Shown piece after piece: positions 49,601-58,537 of a stretch of 64,000 nt of DNA (position 1 is its first letter; each line of letters begins with the position of its first letter). The translations under genes and the position numbers were made by a program. Source of the stretch: an uncultured delta proteobacterium (GTDB lineage: Bacteria; Myxococcota; Kuafuiibacteriia; Kuafuiibacteriales; Kuafuiibacteriaceae); assembly GCA_963803435.1 (NCBI GenBank), contig CAWDML010000001.1, forward strand, positions 2,272,001 to 2,336,000. Reading direction: 5' to 3'. The notes under the pieces are model-generated. The model saw only the letters and a list, made by a program, of their open reading frames with translations, had not been told where the DNA came from and did not search any database.

Positions 49601-49990
49601 GCTGATCGTCACCGGCAAGGTCGCGGGGACGTCGCCGTCCGGCCCACCGATCTGCGTGAACAGCTCGACCGTGAACTCCGGATCCTCAGCCGAGAGCCCG
49701 ACGCTGGTGACGCTGAGCGGCGCCGAACCGACCGAGCGCACCTCGAAGACACGCTCGCCGCGAGAGCCGAAGTCGGTGGACGCCGCCCGCCCCGTCGCCT
49801 CGAAGTCGTCGGGGATCCGTCGCGGAACGGCCGCGCCTGAGCAGCTGTCCTCCTCCACGAAGGTGAGCCGCATCTCGACGGCTGCCTTCTGGATTCCCTG
49901 ACCTTCGTCACAGCTGCAGCGCGGAAGAAGCGCGGTGATGGCGATCGAACCGAGGAGCAAGCTCCTCACTCTATTGCTCGTCTCTCTCAC
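46682..49990 (-). CDS. Large lipoprotein with multiple Ig-like (choice-of-anchor D/ASH-like) repeats and a C-terminal vWA domain
   Basis: Signal ending LLPRCSC, repeated xFGxV..xxNxGxxxLxxxxI units, and MIDAS motif DLLWVVDDSSSM. Start GTG 49990 or 49969. Confidence 0.87.
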   Translation of the reverse strand: MRETSNRVRSLLLGSIAITALLPRCSCDEGQGIQKAAVEMRLTFVEEDSCSGAAVPRRIPDDFEATGRAASTDFGSRGERVFEVRSVGSAPLSVTSVGLSAEDPEFTVELFTQIGGPDGDVPATLPVTISANTDPSAPAGLLIKVTYAAQDAEPDLVDLVILSDDPHRDEVHFGLSAGRGRIEVCGNTGCNADAGVQFGDVSLGETGMEQVTIKNTGEGELDLRSIRLESQSAEFCAPEVTELPSGASCQLVQECMVLRPGETYTINLSYAPIDGGVDTGKIAIVSGDASTGNVEVPINGRGAGPAICSCVVDGADCNPVQVVDFGLAEVGGAGVSKTVRLESCGTEPVDLSEATLETDPNNVFFTGPDFQITTAFAPGTLDPGQYAEGVITYNPQSAGMHRGGLRFTVAPSGLKSWILLTGQAATCDLQPIPTSVNFGTVAGGSQADRNVILANVGTKECTLTAISDPADASFTILNKPALPTPVAAGADYTLQVRFAAPAGPVVAYMSSFDVTSDEPGPGATNHIELLSQGGGTPVCEVNVIPSGNDNPITMRDGRLEFGAVNIGYSKSLSVRVDNVGNTDCVLQSFNLVTQAATQFSVTPSRPLPITFSSGQSAQMDVVFAPTMGATNPLGLYGGLLNHLDFTLAGQGLAQPDWSLSISARPTVPTIDVIPQDVDFGVVTWENPQPPDNRSSCGSVPRVVNVYNSGTGALTITSINIDSTSDPVFLIAAVLANGTTPINAPYQNITVQPGSHVEVQLRFFPSRASPSQHQGLLIIDNDVTNGGGMGAPLTVPLVGASTTNSNQTDVFQQLVDNKIDLLWVVDDSSSMSEEQNLLGTNFASFIGFADTLGVDYQIGVITTEINDAPAGKIWGCNGFNKIIKSSDANRNQAFDCAANVTNPPNGNSRPNPLGSDEQEAGLQAARLALDVPIINNENAGFLRPDARLAVIMVSDEEDQSPGSVNLYVDFFRNIKGFANPQLVSVSAIAGDVPSGCSTAEAGQRYHDAAAQLNGQFESICTASWSQMLMNIGLDVFTLRTAWTLSRPADPSTISVRVDGVVVPQNGTNGWTFDAASNTLTFHGNQIPDPGSTIEVQYGTQCLP

Positions 49991-50122
49991 GTAAGTCCCC
50001 TCACCGAGGCGGACGTTAGGGGCCAAAACCTCCATTCAAAATACAATCTTGGGAGGTGCGCACCTCCGCCGCCGGACCCCCACACTGGCAGACGGCGCAC
50101 GGTTGAAGGAGGATGACCGCGG

Positions 50123-51082
50123 GTGAACCGGGGCGCGAACTCGGCGATGGCGCTGGCGCTTCTGTCGGCGTGTGCGACGCCCGCCGGAACGACCTGGGAG
50201 GACGACCGGGCGGACGGCGTGGGCCCTGCGCAGTCCCGCCTCGAGGACCACACCAATCGGGCACCTGTGAAGGCGGTGACCATCGTCCCGAAGTCCGAGG
50301 CCGATTCCACCGACTTCGTCGAGGTCTCCCGGCAGCTCGAGCTCCAAATCCTGCGCTTCACCGCCCAGCGGAACGCGGTCGCCCTCTCCCTCCCCCGCGC
50401 GAAGCTCTGGCCGAAGCCGATGCTCGAGCTCTGGACCCGGACGCTCGCCGCGCTCGAGAAGGCCTACGACGTCCCGAGGGGCGCGCTGTCCCGGCGGATC
50501 CTGATCCAGACCCGCGTCAGCCTCGAGGTGGAGCTCGACCTGACCCAGCGCCGCTTCGGTCCCGCGCCGACCGAGCTCGCGGATCGCGTCAACCGAATTT
50601 ATGTGCAAGTCGCCTTGCACCTACGGGCGAAGCCCCACGAGGATCCGAGGCCGCGCCGGCGCTACGCGATCAAGCTGGAGTGGCCGCTGGCTCCGGTCAT
50701 CGTGACCAGCCCGTTCGGATACCGACGCGATCCGATCCTGGGCTTCGAGGAGATCCGCTTCCACTCCGGGGTGGACCTCGGCGGCGACAGGGGTGACGTC
50801 GTAGTCGCGGCCGCCGAGGGACGCGTCACCTATGCGGGCTGGCTCGGCGGCACCGGACGCACGGTGATCGTCCAGCACGCCGGCGGGTACGTCACCATGT
50901 ATGGGCATCTTCGGCGCGTGATGGTTGCGCACGGGGCGCACGTCCGCCCGGGGACGACGATCGGCTTGTTGGGCAGCACCGGGCGCTCGACCGGCCCCCA
51001 CCTGCACTTCGAGGTGAGGTTCGGTGGGACACCGATCGATCCGCTCGAGGTCGTGGGAGCGGTGATGGCGGCGACGCGGTAA
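50123..51082 (+). CDS. M23-family metallopeptidase lipoprotein
   Basis: Lipobox LSAC, FHSGVD, YGHL and STGPHLHFEV motifs. Confidence 0.93.
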   Translation: MNRGANSAMALALLSACATPAGTTWEDDRADGVGPAQSRLEDHTNRAPVKAVTIVPKSEADSTDFVEVSRQLELQILRFTAQRNAVALSLPRAKLWPKPMLELWTRTLAALEKAYDVPRGALSRRILIQTRVSLEVELDLTQRRFGPAPTELADRVNRIYVQVALHLRAKPHEDPRPRRRYAIKLEWPLAPVIVTSPFGYRRDPILGFEEIRFHSGVDLGGDRGDVVVAAAEGRVTYAGWLGGTGRTVIVQHAGGYVTMYGHLRRVMVAHGAHVRPGTTIGLLGSTGRSTGPHLHFEVRFGGTPIDPLEVVGAVMAATR

Positions 51083-51091
51083 GCTGGCCAG

Positions 51092-51538
51092 GTGACCTTG
51101 GATGACCTGCTCGGGGGCGCCGGGAAGATCGTGCCCGGGATCGAGATCAACGCCGTGCTCTACGGCATCCGGGAGCAGCTCGACTCGTCGATCGGCTACG
51201 AGATGGTGCTCGACGGCAGGACGCTCGAGGATCTGCTCTACCTGGAGCTGCCGAAGCTGACCGAGCACCTGTTCGCCAAGCGACTCCCGATGCTCGGCGC
51301 TCCCCAGCTGATCCTGACGCTGTGGCGGGACGGTCGCGCGCACATCTTCGCCGGCGACGCGTTCTTCGACGCCCTGGCGCGCGGCCTCGCCCTCACGCAC
51401 GACGCCCTGCGCGACGCCATCGCCGGATGGCGGAGCGACGCTGGCTTCCTCCCCGATCCGTGGATGGGCGTCGCCGGCCGCACTTCCGAGGATCGCGGCT
51501 CCGCGCCGATCGGGCTTCTTCCTCCGCCGAAGCGCTGA
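51092..51538 (+). CDS. Hypothetical protein (resembles myxobacterial STAUR_1299-type proteins)
   Basis: GC3-biased ORF 9 bp after the M23 gene; YEMVL..LPKLTEHL..LTLWRDGRAHIF pattern recalled from memory, so the family call is tentative. Confidence 0.65.
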   Translation: MTLDDLLGGAGKIVPGIEINAVLYGIREQLDSSIGYEMVLDGRTLEDLLYLELPKLTEHLFAKRLPMLGAPQLILTLWRDGRAHIFAGDAFFDALARGLALTHDALRDAIAGWRSDAGFLPDPWMGVAGRTSEDRGSAPIGLLPPPKR

Positions 51539-51753
51539 CACGGCGCTGCGTCCGTTTGGGCAGCCCCGAGGAACCGTCGCCGGCAACGCGGCACGAATCG
51601 GCTGCGTTTCGAGCGTACAACCCTGGCACCGGGCTTGACCCGGTTCACGCGCCCGCGTGCCGGCTTCCTGCGCATCGCGTCACCGATCGGAAGCGGCGCG
51701 CTGGTAGCGACCTCCGGCTCCCCCTGGAACGTCGATTGCTGTCTCGAGAGGGC

Positions 51754-52680
51754 ATGAGCAGAGCCGTCGAGGTTCGGACCGTCGTCGTTCCGATCGATCT
51801 CTCACCTTTGTCGGGGGCGGCGTTCGAGTCTGCGGTCGGAGTCGCAGAGATGCTGGGCGCGGAGCGAATCCACCTCGTCCACGTCATCCGCGACGTCACC
51901 CGCTGGATGCGCGAGCTGTCGCCGGGACCCCCGGTCGGTCCGCTCGCTTCGCTCGAGCGCATCGTGGACCTCGCCGAGGCGCGCCTCGCCCGCTTCGTAC
52001 CGTCGAACCCCGACCTCGAGGTGACCCGCGAGGCCAGGATCGGCGGTCCCGCCCAGGAGATCGTCGCTGCGATCGAGGAGTCGAACGGCGACCTCGCCGT
52101 GATCGCATCCCAACAGCGCAGCGGCGTCGGGCGCTGGGTGCTCGGCAGCGTCGCCCATGCCGTGATCCGCGCGGCCGGCCGTCCCGTGCTGGTCGTCGGC
52201 GAGAGCCACCGCTGGCGGAGGCCGAAGAAGATCCTCGCCGCGATCGATCTCTCCCCCGTCTCGGAGCGCGTGCTCATCCACGCGGTTGCGTTCGCAAAGG
52301 CTGCGCGGGCCCAGGTCACTGCGCTGTCGGCGTACGATCTCTTGTGGATCCCCACGACGTCCCAGGCGTCCGTTCCGCTCCCGCTCGACGACACGGACCG
52401 GCGCGCGCTCGAGGTACGCCACCGCGAGGCCGTACAGGCGATGGTCGACCGCGTAGCCGACCCGGACGTGCCGATGAGCAGCACCGTCACCGGCGGCCAG
52501 CCGCCGGCCAAGGTGATCTTGCAGCAGGCAGAGCAGCTCGGCGCCGATCTGATCGTCGTCGGGGCGAGCGGACACAGCGCCTGGGAGCGCATCTTCCTCG
52601 GTTCGACCGCGACCAAGGTGGCTTCGTCTGCGCCCTGTCCCGTCCTCGTCGTGCCACCGCTCCACAAGGCTGACAGCTGA
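51754..52680 (+). CDS. Tandem-domain universal stress protein
   Basis: VVVPIDLS..LGSVAHAVIRAAGRPVLVV and ILAAIDLS..ADLIVVG..LGSTATKVASSAPCPVLVVP. Confidence 0.94.
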   Translation: MSRAVEVRTVVVPIDLSPLSGAAFESAVGVAEMLGAERIHLVHVIRDVTRWMRELSPGPPVGPLASLERIVDLAEARLARFVPSNPDLEVTREARIGGPAQEIVAAIEESNGDLAVIASQQRSGVGRWVLGSVAHAVIRAAGRPVLVVGESHRWRRPKKILAAIDLSPVSERVLIHAVAFAKAARAQVTALSAYDLLWIPTTSQASVPLPLDDTDRRALEVRHREAVQAMVDRVADPDVPMSSTVTGGQPPAKVILQQAEQLGADLIVVGASGHSAWERIFLGSTATKVASSAPCPVLVVPPLHKADS

Positions 52681-53370
52681 AGAGATCCGCGCCTTCCTCG
52701 TCGGCGAAGGCCGATTCCCGGCGTTGCGGCGGCCTGCCCGCGGTCCGCTGATCCGCCTGGGGCATCGTTCCCATCGGCGCGTGTTCGGTTACGACCCCGT
52801 GACGTCGCTGCCTCTCCATGGCGGATCGGCACCATCGCCGCTTCTCGCCGCCCGAGGCGCCTCTCCTCCGCGCTGATCGCCTCGAACGTAGAACGGCGCT
52901 TCATCGGTGATCCGATCGACGTCGCAGTGGGTGGCCATGCGGCGGGCCTCTCCGCCGCCATCGTTCAGCGCCACCCGTTCGACGTGCACGCGCGGCGCGC
53001 CTCCGGGATCGCAGCGCGACGAACTCAGGCTCGGCCTCAAAGGCCTGGGAGGCCGTCAGGCCGCTGATCGGCCAGCTCGTCTCCAAGGATGGCGAGCGTC
53101 CGACGGCGTCGGACGATCTCGAAGCGATCGATCGCGCGGTCCTGCGCTCGCCTCCCGCGGGCTGCGCGCGCCGGCATCGTGAAGAGCGCGAAGACCGGAC
53201 GCCCGCGAGATCGTCACCTTCGTGGTGTCGCGCTCCGAAGCGGTGAACGACGAAGCACGAGCGGCAACGCCAGTCCCTCCAAGTGATGGACGGGGCAGTT
53301 ACGAGAACAGGACGCAGCGCCCAGGGCACGGTCCTTCGTCGGCGGCGCGCGGCTTGCTCCCGATCGCTTC

Positions 53371-53994
53371 ATGCACGAGTGCGGATGTGCGATTGCAAAC
53401 CATGATCCGAAGCTCGTCGTCCTGACGGGCGGTCCCGGGGCCGGCAAGACGGCCGTGCTCGAGGTGGTGCGGCGGCACTTCTGCCGGCACGTCGTGGTAC
53501 TTCCCGAGTCGGCGAGCATTCTCTTCTCCGGCGGCTTTCCCCGCCGAAAGACGGAGATCGCGATGCGTTCCGCGCAGCGCGCGATCTTCTGGGTGCAGCG
53601 AGAACTGGAGCGCATGGCGCTCGAGGAGCATCAGGGTGCGATCGTGCTCTGCGATCGCGGCACGATCGACGGGCTGGCCTATTGGCCCGGTCCGCCTGCT
53701 GGATTCTTTCGAGACGTCCACACTTCGTTCGAGGAGGAGCTCGCACGTTACGCCACAGTCATCCATCTGCGGACTCCGGACGAGCACACCGGGTACGACC
53801 GCAGCAACCCGATCCGCACCGAGACCGCGGAGCAGGCCCTTGCGATCGACGCTCGGATCGCATTGGCATGGCGCGCGCATCCACGGAGATTCCTCGTTGA
53901 GAACCAGCTCGAGTTCGTGGACAAGCTCGCGCGCGCGATCGAGCTCATCGAGGGCGAGCTACCCGCCTGCTGCCGCTCGCGAGAGTTCGCGTAG
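53371..53994 (+). CDS. NadR/Ttd14-type (AAA_28) P-loop ATPase/kinase
   Basis: VVLTGGPGAGKT, LPESA and LCDRGTIDGLAYW motifs. Confidence 0.88.
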   Translation: MHECGCAIANHDPKLVVLTGGPGAGKTAVLEVVRRHFCRHVVVLPESASILFSGGFPRRKTEIAMRSAQRAIFWVQRELERMALEEHQGAIVLCDRGTIDGLAYWPGPPAGFFRDVHTSFEEELARYATVIHLRTPDEHTGYDRSNPIRTETAEQALAIDARIALAWRAHPRRFLVENQLEFVDKLARAIELIEGELPACCRSREFA

Positions 53995-54139
53995 AATCGT
54001 CCCCCGCACAGACCTGAATCGCCCGATCTTCGGGTGCGCAGCCGCTACCGGCGGACCTCGCGCTGACCGCGCAGCTCCACTGCGGCAGGACCGAGCACGG
54101 CGCTCAATCGCTTCGCGAACGCGTCGCAGATGTCGAAAC

Positions 54140-54361
54140 GTTGTTCGATCACGCCGCATCACCCCTCACCTCCGGCGGCGCGACGAGCGGCCTCTGGTTG
54201 GATGCGTTCGCGGTAAGACACGCCGCTGGGTTGTCGAGCGGACGAACGCCTGGCACAACCGATTCCGCGCACGACTCGTGCGATGGGAACGAATCGGTGC
54301 GCACGACTTGGCGTTGCTTCATCTCGCTTGTGCGATCATCGCGTCCCAGCAGGCGCGGTGA
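54140..54361 (+). mobile_element. IS5-family transposase C-terminal remnant
   Basis: RRWVVERTNAWHNRFRARLVRWER..ALLHLACAII. Confidence 0.82.
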
Positions 54362-54369
54362 CTTGGCTC

Positions 54370-54624
54370 GGAAGCGTGCTTCGCCGTCTTGACCGAGCTG
54401 GTCAGGATCGCTGTGAGCTCATTGGCCTCGCGAATGAGAGGGACGAGCTCGGGTCCTTCCGCAAGATCGCCGTTTAACTCGTCGTTTGGAACCACCACCC
54501 AGGCGCATCGGATGAGCTGCCGAGCGACATGCTTGCCAGCGAGATCCTTCGCGAGTTCGCGACACGGCCGAAGAACGCGCCTCGCAAACCTGAGCAACCG
54601 ATCCGCGATGTCATCGCCCTTCAT
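54370..54624 (-). pseudogene. Internally deleted four-helix-bundle protein gene
   Basis: MKGDDIADRLLRFARRVL..HVARQLIRCA is joined to LIREANELTAILTSSVKT; the central GANYEEA segment is missing. Confidence 0.75.
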
Positions 54625-54904
54625 GAGCTGAAGACGAACAGCGAATGCCAGAACAAGTGCAACACGGAATCGCGAACGGAACGGTTGTAGGGCCGGTTCT
54701 TAGACCATATGGAACGACCGCGCCCGGTCGCGAGGCCGGCGAAGGAGAACGGTCGTGCCACGGGTACAGCGGAAGTCCGAAAAGTCGCGGGCGCGAGTAG
54801 CGCAGAAGAAAAATAGGACCGGCCCCGGATCGCAAATCGGGCCTAAGCCATCGCGGGTTGGCGTCGGTGAACGCCAGAGCCGCATACGAAGGAGGCCGGT
54901 CGTT

Positions 54905-55167
54905 CATCGAGAGCTCTTCGGCTATCCCGGTGCGCGGCGCCGCGGACTCCCGATCGGAAGCGGGAACACGGAAGCGACGTGGAAGAGCCTGTTCCAAGTG
55001 CGACTCAAACGCAGCGGCGCCCGGTGGAAGGAGGAGACCGCCCGCGACATCATCAACCTTCGCGCGCTCGCGCTCAGCGACCGATGGGAGCCAGCCCTTC
55101 AACTCACACTATCTCCGCTCCGGCGAGCGGTTCGGGCCGTCACGTGATCAGGATGAGAGCCACACCC
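54905..55167 (+). mobile_element. ISKra4/ISLre2-like transposase C-terminal remnant and probable element end
   Basis: YPGARRRGLPIGSGNTEATWKSLFQVRLKRSGARW..INLRALALSDRW; ends at gagagccacaccc, where the four-helix-bundle fragment begins. Confidence 0.78.
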
Positions 55168-55427
55168 GCCTGGTCTCCCAGATCCGACGCGCCGCGGTCT
55201 CGATCCCGGCGAACATCGCGGAGGGCTCGAAACGTCGACGAAACAACGACTACGCTCGCTTCCTCAACATCGCCGAGGGCTCGGCGGCCGAGGTCGACTA
55301 CTTCCTGATCCTGAGTCGCGACCTCGGGCTCGTCACCGCGAAGGCCGCGGAGCCGATTCGCGCGGAACTCGACGAGATCGCCCGCATGCTCAACGGCCTC
55401 CCCGGTAAGGTCGAACGGAGCGCATAG
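55168..55427 (+). pseudogene. N-terminally truncated four-helix-bundle (23S rRNA IVP-like) gene
   Basis: LVSQIRRAAVSIPANIAEG..YARFLNIAEGSAAEVDY..RDLG..EIARMLNGL; no start codon region. Confidence 0.85.
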
Positions 55428-55520
55428 CTCCGCGCCCTGTGAACTCTCAACCGTTGACTGTCGACTGGGGCCGTCTCTGTGAGCTTTCAGGTCTACCTGC
55501 CACGACGATCTTCGGCGTCT

Positions 55521-55925
55521 CTACGTGAGTGTGACGTCGGTTTCGAGCACGGCGCCCCGCTCGCCCAGGAGCTCACGTAGCAACGACCGGTGACAGCGCG
55601 CTTCCTCCTCACAGTAGCAGCCCACCGAGAAGTCGGCGGTATGGGACAGCGCCGCCAGGAGATCGAGCACCCGCCGCGCGTCGGGCGCCTTCATCTCCGC
55701 AAGAAAAGCCCGCCGGAACTTCCGCCACCCCGCGTCGTTCACGATCGGGAACGAGGCCTTCAACAGCTCCTCGCTCGGCGACAGATTCGGAAGCCAGACA
55801 TCGTAGAGGTTCCGGTACGCGTAGTCCTCCTTCTTCACCCCCCGCGGAGGCCGCCGCACCGTCCCGATCCGAAGCCCTTCGCCCTCGGCGCGATCCGATC
55901 CGAGCCGCACGATCCGAACCACCAC
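55521..55925 (-). CDS. DUF488/YeaO-family protein
   Basis: GLRIGTVRRPPRGVKK, VWLPNLSPS and GCYCEEEARCHRSLL motifs. Confidence 0.88.
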   Translation of the reverse strand: MVVRIVRLGSDRAEGEGLRIGTVRRPPRGVKKEDYAYRNLYDVWLPNLSPSEELLKASFPIVNDAGWRKFRRAFLAEMKAPDARRVLDLLAALSHTADFSVGCYCEEEARCHRSLLRELLGERGAVLETDVTLT

Positions 55926-55934
55926 GCCGGCATC

Positions 55935-56543
55935 CTACAGAACCGCGTCGCACGCGACGACGACCATCTGGGCGGCCCGTCTGGGACCCTCGCTGCGATT
56001 CGTGCGACCCGAATGCCAGGTGTGACCGTTCATGATCACCACGCTTCCCGCCCGGCCGATGACGATGCGCTGGTCAGGATGGCGTGAGAGCGGTTGCGCC
56101 AACGACTTGGGGATGGGGCGGACGAGCCGATGCGAGCCGGGAACGACGCGGGTGGCGCCGTTCTCCTCGGTGAAGTCATCCAGCATGAAGATCGCCGTCA
56201 CGACGTAAAACGGACCGCTTGCGACGCGCGGCGGCCAGTCGGCGTGAAGGCCCTGCTGGCCGAAGCCGGGGAGCGGGTTGCGTCCGTGGATCTCGCGCAC
56301 CCGGAACGGCCGGCCCAGCACGTGCGCGACCACGTCGAGGACCGCGGGATGCTCGCCGAGCCGGCACCACGCCTCGCGGTCCGGCGTGTGGTCGTCGATC
56401 CGCACGTGCTGGGTGCCGCCGTCCCGGTTGGGTGCGCCCTCGAACGCGCGCCGCAGCAGCGAAACGGTGGCCGGATCGAGCGCGCCCTCGATCACTCCGT
56501 ACCCGTCACGGTCGACGGCCTGGAAGTGCACCCCGCTCGACAT
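55935..56543 (-). CDS. Phytanoyl-CoA dioxygenase (PhyH)-family Fe(II)/2-oxoglutarate oxygenase
   Basis: RDGYGVI, QGLHAD (HxD), LDDFTEENGATRVVPGSH and WHSG..N.S..R motifs. Confidence 0.9.
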   Translation of the reverse strand: MSSGVHFQAVDRDGYGVIEGALDPATVSLLRRAFEGAPNRDGGTQHVRIDDHTPDREAWCRLGEHPAVLDVVAHVLGRPFRVREIHGRNPLPGFGQQGLHADWPPRVASGPFYVVTAIFMLDDFTEENGATRVVPGSHRLVRPIPKSLAQPLSRHPDQRIVIGRAGSVVIMNGHTWHSGRTNRSEGPRRAAQMVVVACDAVL

Positions 56544-57002
56544 CGGTGGGATCGAGAAGCTCGTCCGGCGAGCGGCGGCCGTCAAACGAATGGCGTATCC
56601 AAGAACCGGTCCGAGACCTCCGAATCGTTCCCTGTTCCGTGTTTCGGCGTTCTGGCACTCGCTGTTCATGGAGACGGATCGCTCTTGCAGAAGCGTGTCG
56701 AGATCACGCGCTGGAGAGGTGGAAGCGAAGTTCGCGAACCGACCGGATGCGCTTTGCGTTTCGCGACCCCGCACGGGGGAGCGGCGGGTGCTCACGCTCC
56801 AGGTTCAGGGGCTTCGGATGTCCGATTTTCGAGGAAGTTCGTCCGGGCCGGACGGACTTTCGGACGATCGCGAAACGCGCCGGAAAGGAAGAATCTGAGC
56901 GGGACAAACGGATCAAGCGAATGGACGGCCAATCTTCATGGCGGACGAACGGCCGCCGGCGGTGGCGCGCACGCTGGCACCTCGCTTGCTCTTCCGGAGG
57001 TC

Positions 57003-58526
57003 GTGGTCGCTTGCGTGCTGAGCGCGACGCTCGAAGGCGTCGACGCCCGAACGATCGAGGTCGAGACCGAGCTCACCCAGGGCCTGCCGTACTTCGCCAT
57101 CATCGGCCTCGGCGACGTCGCGGTGAAGGAGGCGAAGTACCGGATCCAGGCGGCGCTGCGCGCTTCGGAGATCGACCTGCCCCACAAACGCGTCACCATC
57201 AACCTCGCGCCCGCCGCCGTGAGAAAGGACGGCGCGACGCTCGATCTCCCGATGGCGCTGTCGCTCCTGGCGGCGTGCGGCCACCTCTCGCCCGAGCGGC
57301 TGGCCGGCGTCACCTGCGTCGGCGAGCTGGCGCTGAGCGGCGCGCTCCGCGGCGTGCGCGGAACACTCGCGATCGCCTCGCTGGCGAAGCGGTGCGGCCA
57401 CCGCGCGCTGATCGTTCCCAGGGAGAACGGCCCCGAGGCCGCCGTCATCGAGGGCGTGCAGGTGGTGGCCGTGTCGACGCTCAACGAGGCGATCCGCTGG
57501 CTCTCCGGAAAGCTCGAGCTCGCCACGCCCACGCCGATGAGGGCGGCCGCCCGCCGCTTCGACATCGACCTGCGGGAGGTCCGCGGCCAGCAGTCCGCGC
57601 GCCGGGCGCTCGAGATCGCCGCCGCCGGTGAGCACAACCTCCTCCTGGTCGGGAACCCCGGCTCCGGCAAGACCATGCTGGCCCGGCGCATCCCGTCGAT
57701 CCTCCCGCCGTTGACGCCGGACGAGCAGCTCGAGGTCACCAAGATCTGGTCGGCCGCAGGGCTCACGATCGGGAACGGCCGACTGATCGTGGATCGTCCG
57801 TTCCGCGCTCCGCACCACACGATCAGCGAAGCCGGGCTGATCGGCGGCGGCTCACCGATCCGGCCGGGAGAGATCTCGCTCGCGCATCACGGCGTGCTCT
57901 TCCTCGACGAGATGCCCGAGCTCCCGCGGCGTGTGCTGGAGGTGCTGCGACAACCACTCGAGGATAGGGAGGTCGTGATCTCCCGGGCGCGCCACTCGAT
58001 CCGATTCCCCTCCTCGTTCGTGCTCGTCGGGGCCGCCAACCCTTGCCCCTGCGGCTGGCACGGCCATGCCTCGGGGCGCTGCTGGTGCACCACCGAGGAG
58101 ATCCAGCGCTATGTCTCCCGCATCTCGGGCGCGCTGCTCGATCGCATCGACATGGTGATCGAGGCCCCCTCGCTGTCGGCGGACGAGCTGATGTCCGAGG
58201 ATGAGGGCGAGGGCTCCGCGACGGTGCGGGTCCGGGTGGCGACGGCCCGCGCCGCGGCCCTCGAGCGGAGCGGGCGCGCCAACTCCGGGCTGATGGGGAG
58301 GAAGCTGTTGCGGTCGGCGCGCGCCTCGCCCGAGGCCCTCGCCCAGCTCAAGCGGTCGATCGAGCGGCTCCAGCTGTCGGCCCGCTCCATGGAGCGAACG
58401 ATCCGCGTCGCCCGCACGATCGCGGACCTCGAGCGCTCTTCGAAGATCGAGGTGTGGCATATGGACGAAGCGCTCCGTTATCGCCAGCCGAAGGGATGGG
58501 CGGGCGCCGAGCGCGCCGCTGCCTGA
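57003..58526 (+). CDS. comM: YifB/ComM-family Mg-chelatase-like AAA+ ATPase
   Basis: VTINLAPA, GELALSG, GNPGSGKTMLA, RPFRAPHH, PGEISLAHHGVLFLDE, NPCPCG and RVARTIADL motifs. Confidence 0.95.
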   Translation: MVACVLSATLEGVDARTIEVETELTQGLPYFAIIGLGDVAVKEAKYRIQAALRASEIDLPHKRVTINLAPAAVRKDGATLDLPMALSLLAACGHLSPERLAGVTCVGELALSGALRGVRGTLAIASLAKRCGHRALIVPRENGPEAAVIEGVQVVAVSTLNEAIRWLSGKLELATPTPMRAAARRFDIDLREVRGQQSARRALEIAAAGEHNLLLVGNPGSGKTMLARRIPSILPPLTPDEQLEVTKIWSAAGLTIGNGRLIVDRPFRAPHHTISEAGLIGGGSPIRPGEISLAHHGVLFLDEMPELPRRVLEVLRQPLEDREVVISRARHSIRFPSSFVLVGAANPCPCGWHGHASGRCWCTTEEIQRYVSRISGALLDRIDMVIEAPSLSADELMSEDEGEGSATVRVRVATARAAALERSGRANSGLMGRKLLRSARASPEALAQLKRSIERLQLSARSMERTIRVARTIADLERSSKIEVWHMDEALRYRQPKGWAGAERAAA

Positions 58527-58537
58527 GGGGCGTTGTG

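Noticed and set aside
54370-55427. Four-helix-bundle genes as Avd of a diversity-generating retroelement or as a 23S rRNA intervening sequence
   Set aside because: No reverse transcriptase, no TR/VR pair with adenine-specific mismatches and no rRNA sequence was seen in the window. The genes are broken remnants.
56544-57002. Possible ncRNA in the phyH-comM divergent intergenic region
   Set aside because: Only short palindromes are present and no recognisable RNA family. It is adequately explained as a divergent promoter region.
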